Source: an uncultured Methanosarcinales archaeon
Lineage (GTDB): Archaea > Nanobdellota > Nanobdellia > Woesearchaeales > ARS49
Reading direction: 5' to 3'
Assembly (NCBI GenBank): GCA_964637115.1
Contig: CAZWVL010000006.1
Location: 23,696 to 87,695 of the forward strand
Length of the DNA stretch: 64,000 bases
The position numbers and the translations under genes were made by a program. Below are positions 39,701 to 47,089 of the stretch, in pieces. The notes under the pieces were generated by a model that saw only the letters and a list, made by a program, of their open reading frames with translations, had not been told where the DNA came from and did no database searches. Positions within the stretch are counted from its first letter, which is position 1, and every line of letters starts with the position of its first letter.

Positions 39701-42700
39701 CACAGCAGTAATTGCAATCTAGACCACAACCAGGAGTACCATCACATATCTCATTCGGACCTTTCTTGCCATCGCCACAAATGCCACACGAACAGTCAGT
39801 ATTGCACGTGCCTACACCTGCGGGCTCGCAGCACTCGCTGGCCTGATTTTGAATTCCATCGCCGCATATCGGGACACGGCACTTGCATTGAAGATTGCAC
39901 TTGCCCTGAACATTATTTATCGTGCAAACGCTTCCCGGAGGCTCGCAGTCCTCGCCAGGACCAAGCTCACCATCGCCGCACGTGCAATCTTCAGGACAAA
40001 TTTCAAAGTTCTCAGGACCTTCGCACACACCATCGCCACACACATAACACTTGCAAGTAACAGTATTACACTTGTAGCCTGTCGGGCACTCGCTATCACG
40101 TTCGCACTCTTCAGGCGACTGCTTTATACCATTGCCGCAATACGGCAGCTTCCACTTGCAATCCTGAGAGCAAATGTAGTCTTCCATAATTGAGCCTGGA
40201 GGATCACACTCCTCACCGTATTCTATCTGGACTTCTCCATCACCACAGAACGGAGTCCTCTGCCTGCAGCCTTCAAAGCAAGTAATTCCATTTGGAGGAT
40301 CGCACTGCTCACCATTTTCTATTTGAGTAATTCCATCACCACACCATTTCCACTTGCAATCCCTGCCGCAATTTCTGCCTTTTTCAGTTGCAGGAGCGAA
40401 CAACTGACTGCCTTCCGGAAGATTGTAACGGTCAGCCGCGCTAAAGATTAATGGCGGTTGGATATTATTGATGTTCGTAACAGTCGGAACAATCATCGGG
40501 ATTGGAACAATACCCGGAGCAGTCGCAAACACATTTGGAATTGGGAAAGTAATTGAGGGCGGCGTGAAAATGTTAACAATTGGATTTGGCAGACGCGTGT
40601 ACTGTTCAGGAACGTAAGTACCAACGTCACATTGCTCACCCGGATCAAGCTCGCCGTTGCCACAGAATGGTGGAACACATCTGCAATCAAAAGTGCAAAC
40701 CGTATCAGCAGAACAATCTGCGACCGATTCCTCAGCAGCACCAGCACCAGGACAGCAATATATGCCTGTGCTTAATTGCGTACAACCAGAACCAGGACCA
40801 ACATTCGGAGTGGTTGGAGCCTGGTAACCAGTACCTGGCAACAAATAACCAGGAACATCAGCTGAGGACTGATAACCAGAACCTGCAACCTGTGCACCAG
40901 TTATTACTCCGCCGGTTGAACCAGACTGATAACCACTACCAGGCACGTTGTAACCAGCAGGACCAGAAGCTTGGTAACCAGAACCTGTAACCACCATATT
41001 CTGGCCAGCAGGACATTGCCCGGGAGGAGTTTCAGCCTCTTCAGCTGTTCCAAGATCGCACTCCTCATCTCCTTCAATTTTGCCGTTTCCGCAATTCTCT
41101 TTCGGACAACATATGGCATCCCAAATAGGATCCAAGGGCTCTTCAATACTGGCAATATTAGTAATAGTATTTGCTATGCAATTCAATTGTGCACTCACAG
41201 TCGGACCAGTCTGGACGACATTCGGCTGAGTGACAAAAGGAACACCAACAGGAGGTCCAAATAACGGAGCGTCTTCTGCACACGGATTTTGAGAGCAGGT
41301 GTTAAGCAAGTTTGTCAGCTGACTCATACATTGACAGGGTTCCAGATTGCACGCTTGGCAATGCTCTGGATCACCAGCAGCATTAACAGGCCCACCAGCA
41401 GGATACTTGAACATATCACATGAAATAGAATTGTCCGCAGAATCTCCCTCAATCACTCCAGGGCCAGATCCTGTCACCATAGAATCGCAATCAGACTTAC
41501 ACTTGCCATCCTCACAATGCATTCCGCCGCCAAAGTTCGGCCCAGTTGCAGCAGTTACAGGATTAACTCCACTGCCACTTAGACCAGCACAATCGCCTTC
41601 ATCACAATATGGAACATCGCAATAGATGATTTCACAGGTGAAATTGCAATAGGGGTCGGCTCCATTGACAGGTCCAGTTCCATATTCACCATTCGACAGT
41701 AATTTACCCAGATGGGGATTTTCGCACTCTTCACACTGGAAATTGCTGTTTAAACATTGAAGTACACCATCGCCGCAATGATTTCTTTCACACGCGCCCT
41801 CATCATTATCTGGGCACGTCTGCTGGTACCATTGAGGGCAAACCAAATTACATTTATTGCAGTCATTAACATACTGGAAAGGTCCTGCGTGAGCTGGCAA
41901 GACGCCTCCATTAACAATCGGTGGACCACCCGCTTTCTCACAATCACAGCATTGCTGGTTACATTCTGCCGCAGCTACACATTCAGGTTGATCATACCAC
42001 GGTCCAGGAGGCGGAGGACATTTATCAGGACAGGGGTTGACAACTCCATCGAAAAACGGACCTGTCGGCTTCGGGTCCCCAACATCTCCACCCACAGTGT
42101 CTTTCAACGGATATTTGCAGCAAGCAGGCTGGGGTGTTGGAGTTGAAGTTGGTGTTTGGGTTGGACCACCGCATTTTGACAAATCTTTCTCACATTCAAT
42201 AAATACATACCCCTCAAGCGGTTCAGGACAATTTTCTTCGTTGCAATCCTGAATCGGGCCTTCATAATGTTCACTACCAGGCTCTTCTCCGGCTGCAACA
42301 AGCTTATACTTGCAGCACGCCAAATCAGGAGTTGCAGTAGGAGTAGGAGTTTCGGTGGGAGTTGGAGCTTCGTAACATTCTTCAGCAGATACGCACGGGG
42401 ATTCAACCGATCCGCATCCCTCAGGAGCGGAAGGACATTCATCAGGACACGGCTCAGCAAGGCCTTCATAACAATACTCCTTTGGCTCAGTTGACTGCTG
42501 ACCAGTGAGGTCATTCCAGAGGGAGCTCAGCCAAGCCCAGAAACCGCCTTCACTCTCCTCTTCAATCTCCTCCTCACTTTCCTTTTCACTCTCCTCTTCA
42601 ATCTTAGGATACCTGCAACATCCTGGCACCATTTCAGTTGGAGTGGGAGTTGAAGTTGGAGTTGAGGTTGGAGTTGAAGTTTCTTTAGGCGGAGGAGGCG

Positions 42701-43817
42701 GAGGAGGCGGAGGAGGAGGCGGACTGACGAAGCATTCACTGCCTATGCTGCCGTCTTCGTCGCCAGACATAAAGTTTTCATTATTGACATCACAGTAAAC
42801 ATCCGCCTCATCGGCACATGATTGCATTCCACCTACTGTGTAATGCGCAGGCTTGCCATCTGCACCACAGCAACAACAACATTCCTTGTTATCATTCTTG
42901 TTATGAACCAGGACGCCTTCAGCAAAATAATTGCGCGTGTCTTCTGTATGAACATTATAGACAGTTACGTCTGCAGGAATTCGCTCGATACTATCGATAA
43001 CGTCAGCTATGGCATCTTTATCCTTCAACACGAATACCAAATCACCAACACTCAAATTCTTTACCGTAACGTAGCCACGAAGCGTGTACACAGGATGTTC
43101 AGCAGTGATGAATATCCGCCTGCCATTTGATGTCTTAATATCATAATAATGGTCTGACCCTCTTACAAAAACATTAACCACTGAAACATTAACCACGCGT
43201 TTGGCTGCAGTATTGTAACCAAGCAATACATCATCAATTACTACATCCTCGATGTTCTTAGTTCCGCCAGCGGTCATAACTTGTGTGCCAGCCAAGAAAC
43301 TACCACCACCAATAGTAATTGTAGTTGGCGGTGGAGGCGGCGGAGGAGGAGGCGGGGGTGGAGGTGGTGAAACAGAAGTTGGAGTAGCGGTAGGAGTGCT
43401 TGTAGGAGTTGAGGTAGGTGTAGAAGTTGGAGTTGAAGTTGGCGTTGAAGTCGGAGTACTCGTAGGAGTTGAAGTCGGAGTTCTTGTAGGAGTTGAAGTT
43501 GGCGTTGAAGTCGGAGTACTCGTAGGAGTTGAAGTCGGAGTAGAAGTAGGAGTACTAGTGGGCGTAGAAGTAGGCGTTTCAGTAGGCGTTGGAGTCTGCA
43601 TCAGCCCAAACACTGGAGGACTTATGACTTCTGGCTCACTCACCTGCGCGCCAGTAATACTTGGAGACGATTTGAAAAAACTTACAATCCAACTAAAGAA
43701 TCTGGAAATAAATCCGCCTTCCAAAGGACTGGATTGTTCTGCAGACACTACAGTCATACTTAGAACTAACAAAGTAAATACAATGGCAACAATACCCACA
43801 AACTTCTCTTTTTCCAC
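36732..43817 (-). CDS. Giant (2361 aa) surface protein: signal peptide, PTST/poly-Pro linkers, Hint domain, Cys-rich CGDG repeats, LamG, alpha/beta-hydrolase, 3 C-terminal TM helices
   Basis: SFLAGT...TAEHP...VHN (Hint), about 12 CG(D/N)G..E.CD repeats, GLISWWPGD...IDEVQIFNRSL (LamG), PYSFGG...DGVV...THD (hydrolase triad). Confidence 0.85.
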   Translation of the reverse strand: MEKEKFVGIVAIVFTLLVLSMTVVSAEQSSPLEGGFISRFFSWIVSFFKSSPSITGAQVSEPEVISPPVFGLMQTPTPTETPTSTPTSTPTSTPTSTPTSTPTSTPTSTPTRTPTSTPTSTPTSTPTSTPTSTPTSTPTSTPTATPTSVSPPPPPPPPPPPPPPTTITIGGGSFLAGTQVMTAGGTKNIEDVVIDDVLLGYNTAAKRVVNVSVVNVFVRGSDHYYDIKTSNGRRIFITAEHPVYTLRGYVTVKNLSVGDLVFVLKDKDAIADVIDSIERIPADVTVYNVHTEDTRNYFAEGVLVHNKNDNKECCCCCGADGKPAHYTVGGMQSCADEADVYCDVNNENFMSGDEDGSIGSECFVSPPPPPPPPPPPPKETSTPTSTPTSTPTPTEMVPGCCRYPKIEEESEKESEEEIEEESEGGFWAWLSSLWNDLTGQQSTEPKEYCYEGLAEPCPDECPSAPEGCGSVESPCVSAEECYEAPTPTETPTPTATPDLACCKYKLVAAGEEPGSEHYEGPIQDCNEENCPEPLEGYVFIECEKDLSKCGGPTQTPTSTPTPQPACCKYPLKDTVGGDVGDPKPTGPFFDGVVNPCPDKCPPPPGPWYDQPECVAAAECNQQCCDCEKAGGPPIVNGGVLPAHAGPFQYVNDCNKCNLVCPQWYQQTCPDNDEGACERNHCGDGVLQCLNSNFQCEECENPHLGKLLSNGEYGTGPVNGADPYCNFTCEIIYCDVPYCDEGDCAGLSGSGVNPVTAATGPNFGGGMHCEDGKCKSDCDSMVTGSGPGVIEGDSADNSISCDMFKYPAGGPVNAAGDPEHCQACNLEPCQCMSQLTNLLNTCSQNPCAEDAPLFGPPVGVPFVTQPNVVQTGPTVSAQLNCIANTITNIASIEEPLDPIWDAICCPKENCGNGKIEGDEECDLGTAEEAETPPGQCPAGQNMVVTGSGYQASGPAGYNVPGSGYQSGSTGGVITGAQVAGSGYQSSADVPGYLLPGTGYQAPTTPNVGPGSGCTQLSTGIYCCPGAGAAEESVADCSADTVCTFDCRCVPPFCGNGELDPGEQCDVGTYVPEQYTRLPNPIVNIFTPPSITFPIPNVFATAPGIVPIPMIVPTVTNINNIQPPLIFSAADRYNLPEGSQLFAPATEKGRNCGRDCKWKWCGDGITQIENGEQCDPPNGITCFEGCRQRTPFCGDGEVQIEYGEECDPPGSIMEDYICSQDCKWKLPYCGNGIKQSPEECERDSECPTGYKCNTVTCKCYVCGDGVCEGPENFEICPEDCTCGDGELGPGEDCEPPGSVCTINNVQGKCNLQCKCRVPICGDGIQNQASECCEPAGVGTCNTDCSCGICGDGKKGPNEICDGTPGCGLDCNYCCGNSKLDCGETCDESVPGMQSSCQFCKPFTPPPPPPPPPVGPPPPPPPPVGPPPPPPPPPPRPEITYPVKSGIMCTSQCASAKYTETTTLTTEQETALGTVTSKEVLSVVEVAACCEDTPLQFTQGLPNNYVDIETYLLSGNTATPIDSSEDQGVVCGGLSTDELFAKSAEGADAGGDCDTCMKAPYGLISWWPGDAHANDLESFNHGNLSLGTRGNTLIALAYDWGIVGKAFKLDGVDDYVYVKHWYDLNPVEEITISAWVKPEEWRNGVVVQKSASGQQYSLSADSGFIKFSLAGVRDGTITTPVPIETTPEIPFHFIAGTYDGEMIRIYVDGVLKKNQSAYGLIATTMDPLYIGSSSMGPPESEHFYGLIDEVQIFNRSLTAEEIRTEYNVRGAGKCKPHCYDYVDYTVEQLETRLIQERIVGQITPENPLFIVGTTLGQSMEITMDNILLPVTITVEHPSSPVPVSNPEMLVVTAFDMTLDNFASPETLELSIPVPVDDSTAGLYIRSGEVWVDLNGRHVGNRLVATLSSDAIEAYFVKQGSKYVGLFAVLSIDNPQSVADKLIKEYDGGGSTAVIFVQGLTVSRVSVNKFVHEYRASDDGSKVYSYYYTPTQPLAGIAKDLAEQASSTLLQDGVSELYLVPYSFGGLVAQDALRYSKDNGLALATLTKKVVYIGTPFGGSPLLGAWNNFFAYMLNTRIPSGLFSLPSMHPEIVDLLVKGKQESAPSVQAEYGLVIGTRTYPWVEKFFKDFFTTINDGVVQVPDAYPAWYVERKYCDPNVLFVPVTHDQLPGVWPVRDFVYKVVNREKSEADPMAALLGYSQSVDISHRKCRSGDVIVVVGKRIPDKERPHPCSCGDGVCGIDEDAKTCPEDCATVVQKFNLCLYLPWVINALLLILLIASGMYIYRKEKTHERGKGFMVIMIIVAIVFLMVLMFYLKCGFLLALALFLLVLIIIMIMIALLHFRKPKPLPSLDEALSKLKKRFKM
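39520..39615 (-). repeat. Poly-Pro (VGPPPPPPPP) coding tandem repeat
   Basis: GGCGGACCTACAGGCGG occurs twice on the + strand within GGA/GGC/GGT runs. Confidence 0.85.
43378..43595 (-). repeat. 12-nt tandem repeat encoding (PTST)n
   Basis: Degenerate 12-mer array containing an exact 53-nt duplication (43429-43481 = 43489-43541). Confidence 0.9.
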
Positions 43818-43960
43818 TATACTTCACTCTGCTGGAAGCCAATACAGCCCCTAATATACAATCAACCCATTTTTGTATCTGTTTGAATATATATGGCATT
43901 TAAAAACATTGTGGTTAGAAATTCGTGATATTTATTAATGACTTGTCATCTTGACAGCGT

Positions 43961-44665
43961 ATGCAAGCAATAATAATGGCGGCAGGAAGAGGAACAAGAC
44001 TACAGCCATTGACGGATACTACTCCAAAAGCAATGCTGCTCATAAATGGCAAACCAATGTTGCAAATAATTATTGAACAGCTAAAGACTGTAGGAATAAC
44101 GGAAGTCGTGATTATAGTAAACTACCTGAAAGACCACATCATCAATTATTTTGGCGATGGCACGAAGATGGGGCTCAAGATCACATATGTAGAGCAGCCA
44201 GAGCTCAAAGGCTCAGCAGATGCAATTGCACGAACAGAACCATACATCAAAGACAAAAGATTCATTGTAATCGCGTGCGATTCATTGTTTGAAACACACC
44301 TGCTAAAGCGTTTGCTCAAACACGACTCACCGGGAGTTTTCACGTGCACAGAAGTAGAAGATGGAAGAAGATACGGCATTCTCGTGACAGAAGGAAAGAG
44401 AGTAAAACAAATCATAGAAAAACCAGAAAATCCACCAACAAACCTGGCAAATCTTAGCGTATATATACTGCCGCGCGAGATATTCAAGGCGTGCAGAGAA
44501 GTCAAACAAGGATTAAGGGGAGAGTACTGGCTTCCAGAAGCAATCCAAATGCTAATCGAACAAGGAATTGTGTTTGAATATGAAATTTGCAGCCACATTC
44601 TAGACATAGGAACGCCAGAACAGCTGCAAGAAGCGCAAATTCTCGCGAAGAAACTGGGGTTGTAG
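43961..44665 (+). CDS. Sugar-phosphate nucleotidyltransferase (RmlA/GlmU N-terminal family)
   Basis: MAAGRGTRL.P...PK, EQPE..GSA, EKP, DIGTPE motifs. Confidence 0.9.
   Translation: MQAIIMAAGRGTRLQPLTDTTPKAMLLINGKPMLQIIIEQLKTVGITEVVIIVNYLKDHIINYFGDGTKMGLKITYVEQPELKGSADAIARTEPYIKDKRFIVIACDSLFETHLLKRLLKHDSPGVFTCTEVEDGRRYGILVTEGKRVKQIIEKPENPPTNLANLSVYILPREIFKACREVKQGLRGEYWLPEAIQMLIEQGIVFEYEICSHILDIGTPEQLQEAQILAKKLGL
44594..44665 (+). repeat. 72-nt direct repeat, copy A (3' end of the nucleotidyltransferase)
   Basis: 63 of 72 nt identical to 46627-46698 by manual alignment. Confidence 0.9.
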
Positions 44666-44667
44666 AA

Positions 44668-45420
44668 GTGAAACTTGACGGCGTATATTGGGACAAAATT
44701 GCTAAAGCACCCTTTCATTTAGACCCTCAAATTGCCAGATACAAACGCGAAGAACACATACGTCTTATTCAAAAATGGGTAGACTTGAGTGGCAAGACCG
44801 TATTGAAAACCGACTGCTATGAAGAAGCAAAAGGCCAGGACTATTTCTTAGATTGGCTCTCCAAAAAGAGCAAATTAGCCACAGGAATGGATATATCACC
44901 ATACCTCATCAGCATGGCCCAAAAAAAATTTAAACGCCTTTCCTTTGTTACAGAAGATGTAAGAAAACTGACATTTAAAAGCAAATCTTTCGACATAATT
45001 ATTTCAAATTCAACCTTAGACCATTTTCCCACATCAGACTTGCGCCTGGCATTAAAGGAGTTTCACAGAGTGCTTAAGAAAAATGGCACGCTTATTTTAA
45101 CGTTGGACAACAAGGACAACCCTTTTTATCATACTGGATATCTCATAAATAACCTGATAAACACCAACCCATACCACCAAGAGAAATGTTATTCACTCAA
45201 AGAAACAACCAAGCTGGCAGAAGAGGCAGGATTCAAAGTAAAAGATAGCACTTCGATAGTCCACGTCATAACTCCCTTCAACAAAATAGCGAAGATGCTT
45301 CCACGGAACATGCTTTTTAGTTATTTTGTAAAAATGTCGCTGAACATTTTCAAAAAATTGGAAACTTTTCCAACTAGGCTTCGTACGGGCTGGTTTATTG
45401 CCGTTCTCTGCACAAAATGA
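44668..45420 (+). CDS. Class I SAM-dependent methyltransferase
   Basis: LKTDCYEEA variant motif I, FDIIISNSTLDHF, LKKNG. GTG start at 44668 inferred (ORF track start 44587). Confidence 0.8.
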   Translation: MKLDGVYWDKIAKAPFHLDPQIARYKREEHIRLIQKWVDLSGKTVLKTDCYEEAKGQDYFLDWLSKKSKLATGMDISPYLISMAQKKFKRLSFVTEDVRKLTFKSKSFDIIISNSTLDHFPTSDLRLALKEFHRVLKKNGTLILTLDNKDNPFYHTGYLINNLINTNPYHQEKCYSLKETTKLAEEAGFKVKDSTSIVHVITPFNKIAKMLPRNMLFSYFVKMSLNIFKKLETFPTRLRTGWFIAVLCTK

Positions 45421-46598
45421 AAACACCATTCGTACATCGGTTGAAAGATGCGCGACACGGATTGCTAGGATATTTAGTGATAGACAGCAAGTTAAACAAC
45501 TCTTCTGCTGGCGGACTCCGAATGGATGCTCACACATCAGTCGATGAATTAAAAGCATTGGCCAGAACGATGACTCTAAAGTATGCCTTTACAGGATTTC
45601 CCTTCGGCGGCGCTAAAGCTGCGCTTCTCTTCGACTCAGAAAAAATTAGCCAAACTGAAAAAAAAGAAGTCATCATAGCAGCAGGAAAAGCGTTGTCATC
45701 TTACGTTAAAGGATACAAATACATGATTGGAACCGATTTAGGAACAACTCATGAAGACATAACTTTGCTTCTCAAGGCAGCAGGAGCTCCATATAACATC
45801 AAAAATAACAGGTCTGAATTCTATACAGCATTAACGCTTTTTCTTTTTGCCGAGCGAGTCTCACAAGAAATAAACTTAAATCTTCGCACCGCCACGGTCG
45901 CAATCGAAGGTTTTGGCAAAGTAGGCTCTAACGTGGCAAAGTTGTTCGCTGAAAAAGGAAGCAAAATTGTTGCAGTCTCAACAAGCGAAGGCGCGATTTA
46001 CAAGAAAGAAGGTCTTCCAGTATCAAAACTGATTGAACTGCGAAATAAGCATGGCTCGCAATTTGTCAACCACGTTCCGGCTCAAAAGATAAGCAAGGAA
46101 GAATTGCTAACTTTACCTATTGACATTTTGTGCCCCTGTGCAAAATCGTGGAGTGTGCATGAATTGAATGCTCACAAGATAAAAGCCAAACTGGTTGTTC
46201 CTGGAGCAAATATACCCCTTACAAAAACGGCTGAAGAAATCTTGACAAAAAGAGGAGTTACCGTCGTGCCTGATTTTGCAGCAAACTGCGGAGGCGTACT
46301 CTCCGCACCCATTGAAAAGTTGGTTCTATCGCAGGAAAAAACTGAAGCTATAATCAGAAAAGAATTCCTAAAGAAAATCGAGAAAGTTCTGCGGGTAGCA
46401 AAGGAGAAAAAACTCAGCTTGCCAAAAGCCGCACTTGAAATTGCCATAAATAATTTTGACAAGGCCAAGGCTGATGAAAAGAAGATCAAAAGTTCTTTTT
46501 ACCGAATGTGTTTAGCCTGGCTTAGGAAAGGAATTGTACCCAAGTGGTTCATTCGGTTAGTGGGGCCTTATTACGTCAAATGGAAATTGCGCCATTAA
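45417..46598 (+). CDS. Glu/Leu/Phe/Val dehydrogenase family protein
   Basis: GGLR, MTLK, GGAKA, EGFGKVG, PGAN, PDFAANCGG motifs. Confidence 0.9.
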   Translation: MKTPFVHRLKDARHGLLGYLVIDSKLNNSSAGGLRMDAHTSVDELKALARTMTLKYAFTGFPFGGAKAALLFDSEKISQTEKKEVIIAAGKALSSYVKGYKYMIGTDLGTTHEDITLLLKAAGAPYNIKNNRSEFYTALTLFLFAERVSQEINLNLRTATVAIEGFGKVGSNVAKLFAEKGSKIVAVSTSEGAIYKKEGLPVSKLIELRNKHGSQFVNHVPAQKISKEELLTLPIDILCPCAKSWSVHELNAHKIKAKLVVPGANIPLTKTAEEILTKRGVTVVPDFAANCGGVLSAPIEKLVLSQEKTEAIIRKEFLKKIEKVLRVAKEKKLSLPKAALEIAINNFDKAKADEKKIKSSFYRMCLAWLRKGIVPKWFIRLVGPYYVKWKLRH

Positions 46599-46626
46599 GC
46601 ACAAAAATGTGTTTGCGCTTTAAAAA

Positions 46627-46698
46627 CACATTCTAGACACAGGAACGCCAGAACAGCTGGCAGAAGCACAAATTCTTGCGAAGAAAATAGGCTTGTAA
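46627..46698 (+). pseudogene. Orphan 3' end of a nucleotidyltransferase (repeat copy B)
   Basis: Translates HILDTGTPEQLAEAQILAKKIGL* versus HILDIGTPEQLQEAQILAKKLGL*. Confidence 0.85.
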
Positions 46699-46807
46699 AG
46701 AAAAATAAGGTAAAATAAAGCTTCTTTAAGCGTTATCAAGCATTATTGAACGTTTTTTCTGGCACACATAAAAGCATGTTTAAAAGAAAAATTACCATAA
46801 CATTACT

Positions 46808-46906
46808 TGACAATCAAACCGGAATTCCCCGGGGGTGGAGGCAATGCCTCTACCCTGATTGTCACGATCTCCCAGCATCACCTCAATTCCCTCCGCGCGG
46901 CCGTCA
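46808..46906. ncRNA. Candidate structured RNA (three-way junction), identity unknown
   Basis: 58 of 99 nt are G+C in an AT-rich intergenic region. TGACAATCA/TGATTGTCA closing stem, GGGTGGAGGC/GCCTCTACCC hairpin, CCGG/CCGG hairpin. Confidence 0.4.
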
Positions 46907-47089
46907 TTAATTCTCGCGCGGAGCAGATTCGTTCATACGCGGCAGAATGAAGTATGCAAAACCGGCAATTAGGATAATTAACGCCCAGAACAAGCGCCAG
47001 GTAATTGCGCCGATTCCGATAAGTATGAGTAGCAGAATACAAATAATAACGCCGGCAAGGCCCAGAATTTTCTTAATTGACAAGTTCAT
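46907..47089 (-). CDS. Small 2-TM membrane protein
   Basis: 60 aa, hydrophobic, ATGA-coupled to the DUF1385 gene. Confidence 0.6.
   Translation of the reverse strand: MNLSIKKILGLAGVIICILLLILIGIGAITWRLFWALIILIAGFAYFILPRMNESAPREN

Noticed and set aside
42900-43301. Canonical splicing intein or homing endonuclease
   Set aside because: The +1 residue is Lys and there is no LAGLIDADG insert. Treated as a BIL-like Hint domain.
39439-43854. Gly/Val-rich plus-strand ORFs (39439, 42505, 43252) resembling collagen or elastin
   Set aside because: They are antisense readings of poly-Pro and PTST codons of the giant gene.
44146-44718. 190-aa antisense ORF, and similar long shadows at 50723-51484, 54796-55401 and 35882-36409
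   Set aside because: They lie fully opposite well-supported genes and have no motifs or start signals.
44594-46698. DGR template/variable repeat pair
   Set aside because: Only 4 of 9 mismatches involve A in the putative template, and no reverse transcriptase is in the window.
46808-46906. tRNA, SRP RNA, TPP/fluoride riboswitch or known ribozyme
   Set aside because: No T-loop/CCA, SRP helix-8, CUGAGA or CUGAUGA/GAAA cores were found. Kept only as an unidentified structured element.
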